Source of the DNA: Myxococcota bacterium
GTDB taxonomy: Bacteria; Myxococcota; XYA12-FULL-58-9; JALHOP01
Reading direction: 5' to 3'
Length of the DNA: 13,368 nucleotides
Assembly (NCBI GenBank): GCA_041288095.1
Contig: JBGGMJ010000143.1
Coordinates: 1-13,368 of the forward strand
Positions 5,551 to 13,368 of this stretch are shown one piece after another. The first letter of the stretch is position 1. Each line of letters opens with the position of its first letter. The notes beneath the pieces are model-generated. The model saw only the letters and a list, made by a program, of their open reading frames with translations, was not told where the DNA came from and did not search any database. A program made the translations under genes and the position numbers.

Positions 5551-7598
5551 TCGGGCACCGCCAAGGGCAGCTCGATGGCCGTCCACCGCTCCGCCCGTAA
5601 CGCCCGCAAGGACGCACGAATTCCGAAGCCGACAATGGCAACCACCACGGCCATGAACACCAGGCACATGACGGCGTTGATGTGGTCGTTCGCCACCACC
5701 TGGCTCATCTGCTCGAGGCTCTTGGCGGGAGCGAGGATTTCGCCGCGCTCGAGGGCGGCGCCGAACCTCCGGGCGTGGGCGTTGAAGCCGATAGCGGGGT
5801 CGTCGGAGAAGAGCTTCGCGAGCCCGGCGGACATGGTGCAGAGGACCAGCCAGACCGTTGGAACCGCGGTGATCCAGGCGTAACGCTCGCGCTTCATCTT
5901 GAAGAAGACGACCGTGGCGAGGGTGAGGGCGATGGCCGCGAGCATCTGGTTCGCCATGCCGAAGAGTGGCCAGAGGGTGTTGATGCCGCCCAAGGGGTCA
6001 GTAACCCCTTGGTAGAGGAAAAAGCCCCACAGGCCGACGACGATCCCCGTCGCGGTGATCGCGGGTACCCACGACGAGGTGGCTCTGAACGAGGGGACCA
6101 CCGTGCCGATGAGGTCCTGCAACATGAAGCGGCCGGCGCGGGTGCCTGCGTCGACGGCGGTGAGAATGAACAGCGCCTCGAAGAGAATCGCGAAGTGGTA
6201 CCAGAAGGCCTTCATGCCCTTGCCGCCGAGGGCGCCCGCGAACACATGCGCCATGCCGACGGCCAGGGTGGGGGCGCCGCCGGTGCGCGAGATGATGGTG
6301 GTTTCGCCGACCTCGAGCGCCGTCTCGGTGATCGTCTCGGCGCTGATGGGAAAGCCCATCTTGCCGACGGCAAGCGACGCGCTCTCGGCGGTCGTGCCCA
6401 CCACGGCGGGCGGGCTGTTCATGGTGAAATAGATGCCGGGCTCGAGGATGGAAGCCGCCACCAGGGCCATGACCGCGACGAATGACTCCATGAGCATCGC
6501 GCCATATCCGACGAAGCGGGCGTCGAGTTCATTCGCCAGGAGCTTTGGCGTCGTGCCGCTCGAGATGAGCGAGTGGAAGCCCGAGACCGCGCCGCAAGCG
6601 ATGGTGATGAAGAGGAAGGGAAAGAGGGTGCCCTTCCAGACCGGCCCGGTACCGTCCACGAAAACGGACACCGCCGGCATTTTCAAGGAGGGCGCGAGAA
6701 AGACGATGCCGATGGCGAGGCTGACGATGGCGCCGATCTTCAAGAAGGTCGACAGGTAGTCGCGCGGAGCGAGCAAGAGCCAGACCGGTAGCACCGCGGC
6801 CACGAAGCCGTAGACGATGAGCGACCAGCAGAGCTGCGTCGCCGTGAGCGTGAACAACGCGGCGAGCGTCGGGTCGGCGGCGACGTTCTTGCCGAAGACG
6901 ATGGCGAGCATGAGCAGCACGAGGCCGATGACGGAGACCTCGCCGATCTTTCCGGGGCGGATGAAGCGGGCATAGACGCCCATGAACAAGGCGATGGGAA
7001 TGGTCGCGGCGACCGTGAAGGTGCCCCACGGGCTGTCCGCCAAAGCCTTCACGACGATGAGCGCCAGCACCGCGAGCAAGATGACCATGATGATGAAGGC
7101 GCCGAACAAGGCGATGAGCCCGGGCACGACACCGAGCTCCGAGCGAATGAGCTCACCCAACGAGCGCCCGTCGCGGCGCATCGAGATGAACAAGATGGTG
7201 AAATCCTGCACGGCGCCGCCGAGGACGACCCCGGTCACGAGCCACAAAAGACCCGGCAGGTAACCCATCTGGGCCGCGAGTACCGGCCCAACCAGCGGTC
7301 CCGCGCCGGCAATGGCCGCGAAGTGATGGCCGAACAAGACGTATTTATTGGTGGGGACGTAATCGAGCCCATCGGTGAGGCGGACCGCGGGAGTAACGCG
7401 GCCGGCGTCGAGCTTCATGACGCGGTCGGCGATGAACTTACTGTAGTAGCGATAGGCGATGACGTAGATGGACGCGGCCGCGAAGACGATCCAGAGGGCG
7501 CTGACCTCTTCACCGCGATTGCCGGCGACGATAGAAAGGCCAATCGCGGCAACCACCGCGAGAATCACAAACGGCCCATGTTTCAAGAGTTTCGCCAT
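5547..7598 (-). CDS. cstA: Carbon starvation CstA family transporter (CstA/BtsT-YjiY pyruvate/peptide transporter)
   Basis: Motifs DGLDYVPT, LFGHHFAAIAGAGPLVGP, APRDYLSTFLKIG, FITIACGAVSGFH, FWYHFAILFEALFILT and LWPLFG.ANQ. ATG 7598 has GAGGG 7 nt upstream. Confidence 0.97.
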   Translation of the reverse strand: MAKLLKHGPFVILAVVAAIGLSIVAGNRGEEVSALWIVFAAASIYVIAYRYYSKFIADRVMKLDAGRVTPAVRLTDGLDYVPTNKYVLFGHHFAAIAGAGPLVGPVLAAQMGYLPGLLWLVTGVVLGGAVQDFTILFISMRRDGRSLGELIRSELGVVPGLIALFGAFIIMVILLAVLALIVVKALADSPWGTFTVAATIPIALFMGVYARFIRPGKIGEVSVIGLVLLMLAIVFGKNVAADPTLAALFTLTATQLCWSLIVYGFVAAVLPVWLLLAPRDYLSTFLKIGAIVSLAIGIVFLAPSLKMPAVSVFVDGTGPVWKGTLFPFLFITIACGAVSGFHSLISSGTTPKLLANELDARFVGYGAMLMESFVAVMALVAASILEPGIYFTMNSPPAVVGTTAESASLAVGKMGFPISAETITETALEVGETTIISRTGGAPTLAVGMAHVFAGALGGKGMKAFWYHFAILFEALFILTAVDAGTRAGRFMLQDLIGTVVPSFRATSSWVPAITATGIVVGLWGFFLYQGVTDPLGGINTLWPLFGMANQMLAAIALTLATVVFFKMKRERYAWITAVPTVWLVLCTMSAGLAKLFSDDPAIGFNAHARRFGAALERGEILAPAKSLEQMSQVVANDHINAVMCLVFMAVVVAIVGFGIRASLRALRAERWTAIELPLAVPE

Positions 7599-7642
7599 GG
7601 CGTACCCTCGTAGCACCGATACCTAACCCCTAGGAACGCTCG

Positions 7643-8602
7643 ATGATTCATCAAGCGGTGGATTTCGCCGTCGCGACGCTGCTTCGCGGTCAGCGTATGT
7701 TCTCCAAGGGCTGGGGCGACGAAGAGGTGTTGCGCCGTCTCGTGGAGCAGCCGCTCTTCGACCAACCGCCGCGGATGCCCGAGATCACCTGGCGGCCCGC
7801 TCGTGTCCGCAAAAACAAACACATCATAGCGAGCGACGGCACCTTCGCGTCCCCGTACACCGACCTCCCCGAGTTCGTTTCGCTGGCCCACGTGCGGCTG
7901 CTGAAGAAGCCGGGTAACGAGCGCGCCGTCGTCATCATCGCCGGCTCGCGCGAGGAGGGCTACGGGCTGCGGCAGGCGATCTACGCGCCGCTCGTGCACT
8001 CGGGCATCGACGTGCTGCTCCTCGAGAGCCCGTTCTACGGCGCGCGCCGCCTACCCAACTTGAACACGGCCTCGCTCCCGACCGTGAGCCATCAGACGCT
8101 CATGAACCTGGCGCTGGTCGAGGAGAGCCGGGCGCTCGTCACCTGGCTCTTGGCGCAACCGTACAAGCGCGTCGGTGTGGCCGGGTACAGCATGGGAGGC
8201 ATCATCGCCGCGCTCGTCGGCGCCACGGTCGACGCGAGGATTGCGGTGGCCGTGCTCGCGGCCGGGCTCTCATCGGCGGAGGTGATGACCCACTGGCTGC
8301 TCAGCTGGTCGGTCGATTACGACGCCCTGGGTGAGCATGCTCGAGCGCGCATCCGCCAGTTCGTCGAGCGCGGAGACCTCGTGCATTACCCCAAGCCCCG
8401 GGCCGTCGAGGCCGCAATCGTGCTGGGGTGCCGCCGCGACTGGTACATCCCTCCCGAGCAGGTCACGGCGTTGCACCGGCTGTGGCGGGGGAGCGAGCTT
8501 CGCTGGGTCAATGCCGGCCACGTTTCCGCCCTTTTCACCGAAAGACGGGCTCTGCGGGGGGCGGTCCATGACAGCCTGGAGCGCCTCGTACCTACGACTT
8601 AA
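7643..8602 (+). CDS. Alpha/beta hydrolase, ABHD18/DUF2048-like
   Basis: Nucleophile elbow GYSMGG, acid D in DWYIP, His in AGHVSA. LLESPFYGARR and N-terminal F..GWG resemble the ABHD18 family. Confidence 0.85.
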   Translation: MIHQAVDFAVATLLRGQRMFSKGWGDEEVLRRLVEQPLFDQPPRMPEITWRPARVRKNKHIIASDGTFASPYTDLPEFVSLAHVRLLKKPGNERAVVIIAGSREEGYGLRQAIYAPLVHSGIDVLLLESPFYGARRLPNLNTASLPTVSHQTLMNLALVEESRALVTWLLAQPYKRVGVAGYSMGGIIAALVGATVDARIAVAVLAAGLSSAEVMTHWLLSWSVDYDALGEHARARIRQFVERGDLVHYPKPRAVEAAIVLGCRRDWYIPPEQVTALHRLWRGSELRWVNAGHVSALFTERRALRGAVHDSLERLVPTT

Positions 8603-8612
8603 TGCTCCCAGC

Positions 8613-8640
8613 TTGACCCCCTAGGGAGGCGCTCGATAAG
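8613..8640 (+). promoter_or_regulatory. Putative sigma70 promoter of the carboxylase operon
   Basis: TTGACC (8613-8618), 16 nt, GATAAG (8635-8640). The spacer contains the palindrome CCCTAGGG. Confidence 0.4.
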
Positions 8641-8666
8641 GAGCCGCTGACCCTGGGGGCCCTTTC

Positions 8667-10205
8667 ATGAGTAATCGCACGAGCACCCTCGCTGAGCTCA
8701 ACGCCTTGGCCGAACGTGGCGGCGGCAACGAACGTGTCCAGCGTCACCGCGAAGCCGGCCGCATGGTCGCGCGCGAACGCATCCAAGCCCTGCTCGATCC
8801 CGGCAGCTTCGTCGAGCTCGACAAGCTCATGACCCACGACAGCAGCGCCTTCGGCATGGACGAGAAGCGCCATCCCGGCGACGGCGTGGTCACCGGTTAC
8901 GGCACCGTCGAAGGTCGCCAGTTGTTCGTCTATGCGCAGGACTTCACGGTCGTCGGCGGCACCATCTCGAAGGCGCACGGCGAGAAGATCTGCAAGGTCA
9001 TGGACCTCGCCAAGCAAGTCGGCGCGCCCATCGTGGCGTTGCTCGACAGCGCCGGCGCCCGCATTCAAGAGGGCATCGGCGCGCTCGCGGGTTACGGCGA
9101 CGTGCTCTTCCGCAACATGCAGGCCTCGGGTGTCGTGCCGCAGATCGCTTGCGTCATGGGCCCGTGCGTCGGCGGCGCGGCGTGCAGTGTCGGCGTCGCG
9201 GACGTCGTCTTCATGGTCGAAGGTCAAGGCTCGTTGTTCATGGCCGGTCCCGAAGTGGTCCAGGCCGTCACCAATCAGAGCATCACCAAAGACCGCTTGG
9301 GCGGAGCACGCATCCACGCCGAGAACAGCGGTATCGCCCATGTGCTCGCGGTCGATGACGCCACGTGCATCGAGCGCGTGCGTGAGTTGCTCACGTATCT
9401 CCCGTCGAACTACGCCGAGGACTCGCCGCGCTACGAGGGCGAAGCCAACGGCAGCTCCACCGGCCTCGCGCTCATCGTGCCGGAGTCGGCCTCGCGCACC
9501 TACGACGTGAAGGACGCGATCCGCGCCGTCGTCGACCCGGACTCGATGTTCGAGCTGCACGAGAGTTACGCGAAGAACGTCGTGACCTCGCTTGCTCGCA
9601 TCGGCGGCAAGGTGATCGGCGTGGTCGCGAACCAGCCCAACCAGCTCGCCGGTTGCCTCGACATCCACGGCTCACAGAAGGCCGCGCGCTTCATCCGCTT
9701 TTGCGACTGCTTCAACATCCCGCTGCTGACGCTCGTGGACGCTCCGGGCTTCCTGCCGGGCGCCGAGCAAGAGCACGCCGGTCTCGTGCACCACGCCGCG
9801 AAGCTCATGTACGCTTTCGCGGAGGCCACGGTGCCGAAGGTGACACTCATTCTGCGCAAGGCCTACGGCGCCGCCTACGTGATGATGGCCTCGAAGCACA
9901 TCAAGGGTGACGTCATCTATGCGTTGCCGACCGCCGAGATCGCGGTGATGCAGCCCGAGACCGCGACCAGCGTCGTCTACAAGTCGGAGCTCGCCAAGGC
10001 GCCGACCGACGCCGCCCTGAAGAAGAAGCTCGCCGCCACCTACCGCGAGGAGTACGCGACGCCGTTCAAAGCGGCCGAGCGCGGCTTCGTCGACGAGGTG
10101 ATCACCCCCGAGATGGCACGCTCGCGCATCGCCCGAGCCTTCGACATGCTGCGCGACAAGCGCGTCACCTCCCCCGCGCGCAAGCACGGCAACATTCCGC
10201 TGTGA
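8667..10205 (+). CDS. pccB: Acyl-CoA carboxylase carboxyltransferase (PccB/AccD-like beta subunit), divergent
   Basis: Motifs ARERI..LLDPGSF.E, GDGVVTGYG, QDFTV.GG, DSAGARIQEG, SGVVPQI, VANQP, RFCDCFNIP, VD.PGFLPG, EATVPK and RKHGNIPL. Confidence 0.9.
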   Translation: MSNRTSTLAELNALAERGGGNERVQRHREAGRMVARERIQALLDPGSFVELDKLMTHDSSAFGMDEKRHPGDGVVTGYGTVEGRQLFVYAQDFTVVGGTISKAHGEKICKVMDLAKQVGAPIVALLDSAGARIQEGIGALAGYGDVLFRNMQASGVVPQIACVMGPCVGGAACSVGVADVVFMVEGQGSLFMAGPEVVQAVTNQSITKDRLGGARIHAENSGIAHVLAVDDATCIERVRELLTYLPSNYAEDSPRYEGEANGSSTGLALIVPESASRTYDVKDAIRAVVDPDSMFELHESYAKNVVTSLARIGGKVIGVVANQPNQLAGCLDIHGSQKAARFIRFCDCFNIPLLTLVDAPGFLPGAEQEHAGLVHHAAKLMYAFAEATVPKVTLILRKAYGAAYVMMASKHIKGDVIYALPTAEIAVMQPETATSVVYKSELAKAPTDAALKKKLAATYREEYATPFKAAERGFVDEVITPEMARSRIARAFDMLRDKRVTSPARKHGNIPL

Positions 10206-10216
10206 CAGGAGCCCCC

Positions 10217-11869
10217 GTGAGCAAGCAGAAGGCCACAGCGGAAGCCAAACCCAAGGCGAAGTCGACGAAGTCGGCTGTCGCGGCGAAGGCGCCGGCTACG
10301 CGCGCCGCGAAGAACGTCGTGGTCGCCCCGAAGGTGAACGGCACCCCCAAGGTGATGAAGGGCACGAAGACCTTCCAGCGCGTGTTGATCGCGAACCGCG
10401 GCGAGATCGCGGTGCGCGTGGCGCGGACCTTGCGCGACATGGGCATCATGCCGATCGCGGTTTTTTCGGATGCGGATCGCGGCGCCCTCCACGTGCGTGC
10501 TTGCGAATACGCGATGCACCTGGGCCCGGCGCCGGCGCGCGAGTCGTATCTCGACGTCGAGAAGGTGCTGGCCGCGGCCAAGAAGGCTAAAGCGGACGCC
10601 ATCCATCCCGGCTACGGCTTCTTGTCCGAGAACGCCGGGTTTGCTCAAGCGGTCGCTGACGCGGGCCTGACATTCATTGGTCCGCCGCCCGCGGCGATGC
10701 GCACCATGGGCTCGAAGACGGGCGCGCGCGAGGCCATGAAGAAGGCCGGCGTCCCGGTCGTGCCCGGCTCCGACGGCGCGATTCCCACCGAGGAAGAAGC
10801 GCGCAAGTTCGCCGACAAGATCGGTTACCCCGTGATGCTCAAGGCCTCCGCCGGTGGTGGCGGCAAGGGCATGCGCGCGGTGTACAAGGCCGAGGACCTC
10901 GCGTCGGCGTATCGCTCGGCGCGCAGCGAGGCGAAGAGCGCCTTCGGCGACGACAGCGTTTACATCGAGAAAGTCATCGTTCGCCCGCGTCACGTCGAGA
11001 TTCAGATCTTCGGCGGCCCCGACGGCAAGTGCGTGTGGCTGGGCGAGCGCGAGTGCTCGATGCAGCGCCGCCACCAGAAGGTGATCGAAGAGACGCCGTC
11101 GATGGCGATCGACGAGACCATTCGCCGCAAAATGGGCGAGGTCGCCTGCCGCGCCGGTGATGCGGTGAATTACGTTGGCGCCGGCACCTGCGAGTTCTTG
11201 GTCGATGACACGGGGAGCTTCTATTTCCTCGAGATGAACACCCGCCTGCAGGTCGAGCACCCGGTCACCGAGCTGTGCTGTGGCCTCGATTTGGTCGAAG
11301 CACAGGTGAAGGTCGCGCAGGGAATGCCGCTGGCGTTCACCCAAGACTCCATCCGCCGCAGCGGACACGCGATCGAAGCACGTATCTACGCCGAAGACGC
11401 CGACCGCAACTTCATGCCGGCACCCGGTCACATCAGCGAGCTGGTGTTGCCGCATGGCCCGGGCGTGCGCGTCGATTGCGGTGTGTCGTCGAACAGCGAA
11501 GTCACGCGTTTCTATGACCCCATGATCGCGAAGGTCACAGTCTGGGCCGAAGATCGCGAGCGCGCGCGCCGTCGTCTGCAGCGTGCGTTGGACGAGACGG
11601 CGGTGAAGGGCATCATCACGAACGGCGCCTTCTTGCGCCGCTTGCTCGATCACCCCGACTTCATCCGTGGCGACTATCACACCGGCACCATCGGCGAGAT
11701 GCTCGCCGGCCCGCCTGCTCGCGTGGCTGACGAGCTCGTCGACGTCGCCGTGGTCGCCGCCGTCGTCAACAACTTCCGCCGCGACTCCCGCTCGCTCACC
11801 CCGGGTGGTGCGAACGCCGCGCGCTCTCTGGGCTGGCGCCAAGCCGCATGGCGCGGTGGTGGTGGCTGA
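10217..11869 (+). CDS. accC: Biotin carboxylase subunit of acyl-CoA carboxylase, with Lys/Ala-rich N-terminal extension
   Basis: Motifs VLIANRGEIA, IHPGYGFLSENA, KASAGGGGKGMR, ERECSMQRRHQK, FLEMNTRLQVEHPVTE and YDPMIAK. GTG 10217 follows AGGAG (10207-10211). Confidence 0.95.
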   Translation: MSKQKATAEAKPKAKSTKSAVAAKAPATRAAKNVVVAPKVNGTPKVMKGTKTFQRVLIANRGEIAVRVARTLRDMGIMPIAVFSDADRGALHVRACEYAMHLGPAPARESYLDVEKVLAAAKKAKADAIHPGYGFLSENAGFAQAVADAGLTFIGPPPAAMRTMGSKTGAREAMKKAGVPVVPGSDGAIPTEEEARKFADKIGYPVMLKASAGGGGKGMRAVYKAEDLASAYRSARSEAKSAFGDDSVYIEKVIVRPRHVEIQIFGGPDGKCVWLGERECSMQRRHQKVIEETPSMAIDETIRRKMGEVACRAGDAVNYVGAGTCEFLVDDTGSFYFLEMNTRLQVEHPVTELCCGLDLVEAQVKVAQGMPLAFTQDSIRRSGHAIEARIYAEDADRNFMPAPGHISELVLPHGPGVRVDCGVSSNSEVTRFYDPMIAKVTVWAEDRERARRRLQRALDETAVKGIITNGAFLRRLLDHPDFIRGDYHTGTIGEMLAGPPARVADELVDVAVVAAVVNNFRRDSRSLTPGGANAARSLGWRQAAWRGGGG

Positions 11870-12378
11870 TGCACTACGTCGCAATCGTCAACGGCGAAGA
11901 ACGCCAGATCGAAATCGTCGAGATTGCTCCTGAGCGCTACCGCCTGACGATGGACGGCCGCTCGATGGAAGTCGACGCGCGCGCGCTGAACGACACGACG
12001 CTGTCGCTATTGCTCGATGACCACGCCTACAACATCGAATCGGAGCGGACCCCGGACGGGGCGCAGAATCTGCTCGTGCGCGGCGAGGTCGTGAACGTCG
12101 ACGTGCTCGACTTGCGCAAGGTGCGTCTGCGCAAGGTGCAAGAGAGCGCGGCGGGTGACGGTGGTCCGGTCGAGATCACGTCGCCGATGCCTGGGAAGGT
12201 CGTCGCCGTCTTGGTCAAGGAAGATCAGGAGGTCAACGAAGGCCAGGGGCTCATCGTCGTCGAAGCCATGAAGATGGAGAACGAGCTGCGTTCGCCTCGC
12301 GCCGGCGTGGTCAAGAAGCTGACCGCGAAAGAGGGCGCCGCGGTGGATGGTGGCGCGATTCTCTGCGTCGTCGAGTAG
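11869..12378 (+). CDS. Biotin carboxyl carrier protein with N-terminal BT-like beta domain (169 aa)
   Basis: SPMPGKV and EAMKMEN (biotinylated Lys). ATG 11869 overlaps the accC TGA (TGATG). Confidence 0.93.
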   Translation: MHYVAIVNGEERQIEIVEIAPERYRLTMDGRSMEVDARALNDTTLSLLLDDHAYNIESERTPDGAQNLLVRGEVVNVDVLDLRKVRLRKVQESAAGDGGPVEITSPMPGKVVAVLVKEDQEVNEGQGLIVVEAMKMENELRSPRAGVVKKLTAKEGAAVDGGAILCVVE

Positions 12379-12385
12379 CGACGAC
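12367..12385. terminator. Hairpin at a convergent gene junction (GTCGTCG-AGTAG-CGACGAC)
   Basis: Perfect 7-bp stem with a 5-nt loop covering the BCCP stop and abutting the opposite stop. No U-tract on either strand. Confidence 0.3.
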
Positions 12386-12972
12386 TAGCGCCACACGAAA
12401 TACAGGCCGCCGCCGCCGTTCTGATTGACGCCGCGAATCCCGCCAATGAAGCGCGTGAGCTCGAGCGGCGTGAGCGTCCGCAGTAGCGGAGCCGTGTCGC
12501 CCGGGTCTTGCACGACGAAGTTCCCCGCGGGGTCGAGGCCCACGAGCGCGATGGCGTGACCGCCGACCATGCCGGGCCGCTGATTCCACGGTAGAGCGAA
12601 GCCGTTGCCTGCCGCGAGCGCAAGCCAACCGCGATCGCGGACGACGTGCTGCACGGAACCCAGGTGCTGCACCAGATGCCGCCAATCGCCCAGCACGGCG
12701 CCGTTGAGGCCGAGACCGTGCACCATGCGGACGATGCCGTCAGGTCCAGTCCCCGTGCGGTCGGTGCCGGCCACGCGCACCAGTGTGGCGACCAAGGCGC
12801 GATCCGAGAGCGCGAGCTCCGGCCCCAAGTAGCGCTCGATGAGCGCCATGGTTGCCGGGGCACAGTTCATCGTCTGATTGGGATGTCCGTCGAGCTGCGT
12901 CACCGAGCGCGGCGCGAGGCCGATGGCGCCGGTTAAGGACTGAGTGTTGTTGAGGGCTAGCGCAGGCACCAT
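12385..12972 (-). CDS. C39-like (papain-fold) cysteine peptidase, stand-alone
   Basis: Q...NCAPATMA (oxyanion Gln and catalytic Cys), GT motif, GHAIALVG (His), VVQDP (Asp). SD-like GGGAGA upstream. Confidence 0.8.
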   Translation of the reverse strand: MVPALALNNTQSLTGAIGLAPRSVTQLDGHPNQTMNCAPATMALIERYLGPELALSDRALVATLVRVAGTDRTGTGPDGIVRMVHGLGLNGAVLGDWRHLVQHLGSVQHVVRDRGWLALAAGNGFALPWNQRPGMVGGHAIALVGLDPAGNFVVQDPGDTAPLLRTLTPLELTRFIGGIRGVNQNGGGGLYFVWR

Positions 12973-13020
12973 GGGAGCTCTCCCGGGGCCTGATTTTCGC
13001 GCGCTACCAAGCAGAGTTGC

Positions 13021-13038
13021 GGCTGGCCCCCGCCAGCC
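13021..13038 (-). terminator. GC-rich hairpin downstream of the partial CDS stop
   Basis: GGCTGGC-CCCC-GCCAGCC, 7 nt beyond the TAA at 13048-13046. Lacks a U-tract. Confidence 0.35.
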
Positions 13039-13045
13039 CTGTCAC

Positions 13046-13368
13046 TTACGGCTGGGTGAGCCGCAGATCGTCGATGATGACGGTGACGGTCTCGCCGCCT
13101 TCGTTTTGCCGCTCGAAGAAGATGGTCTTCACGACGCCGGTCGACGCGGGGATGTCGATGTCGACGGTGTTCCAGCCCGCATCCCACTGCAGGATGCACG
13201 GCGCGGCATGCTGGTCGGGTCCGCAGGGACCATTCTCGCCGCACGTCGTCGGGGTCGGGAGGCGATAGCAGTGCCCGTCTTCGCCATTGGGCGTCGGCGC
13301 GATGGTGAAGTTCGTGTCTTCGCTGACGTAGACGCGCAACGAGATGTGATTGGCGGCGACGTTGCCGG
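13046..13368 (-). CDS. 3' end of a hypothetical protein with a beta-sandwich (CBM/galactose-binding-like) C-terminus and Cys-rich insert; 5' part outside the window
   Basis: Frame is open to the window edge (GNVAANHISLRVYVS...). GWNTVDIDIP...VTVIIDDLRL resembles the typical jelly-roll C-terminal strands. Four Cys in a Pro/Gly-rich loop. Confidence 0.6.
   Translation of the reverse strand, partial: GNVAANHISLRVYVSEDTNFTIAPTPNGEDGHCYRLPTPTTCGENGPCGPDQHAAPCILQWDAGWNTVDIDIPASTGVVKTIFFERQNEGGETVTVIIDDLRLTQP

Noticed and set aside
8592..11884. Long minus-strand ORFs (358 aa and 614 aa) opposite pccB and accC
   Set aside because: Antisense shadows of well-conserved genes.
12973..12984. GGGAGAGCTCCC hairpin sequestering the peptidase SD
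   Set aside because: Only a 4-5 bp stem, too weak and too likely by chance to call a regulatory element.
1..13368. CRISPR array, tRNA/rRNA, transposase, integrase or defence genes
   Set aside because: No repeat-spacer periodicity, RNA-gene signatures or matching protein motifs were seen, and intergenic gaps are all short.

Overview
High-GC bacterial window; the gene style suggests Myxococcota/deltaproteobacteria, but this is inference only. On the minus strand at the left is an ATGA-coupled ethanolamine-utilisation block: eutB, eutC with an N-terminal encapsulation-peptide-like helix, and the microcompartment shell gene eutL. eutL runs off the window edge and is missing from the ORF track. 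Next come two small convergent orphan genes and a minus-strand cstA-ybdD/yjiX operon tightly followed by a 509-aa exported CxxCH protein. On the plus strand are an ABHD18/DUF2048-like alpha/beta hydrolase and a three-gene biotin-dependent acyl-CoA carboxylase (carboxyltransferase, biotin carboxylase, BT-BCCP). The right end holds a minus-strand C39-like cysteine peptidase and the 3' end of a probable CBM-like protein. I see no RNA genes, CRISPR array or transposase. The most notable oddities are the CxxCH gene coupled to cstA-ybdD, an apparently eutB-first BMC-linked eut locus, a heptamer repeat array in the EutC linker, degenerate direct repeats flanking the hydrolase, a shared upstream motif on two orphan genes, and active-site divergence of the carboxyltransferase. 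None of these proves a new system by itself.
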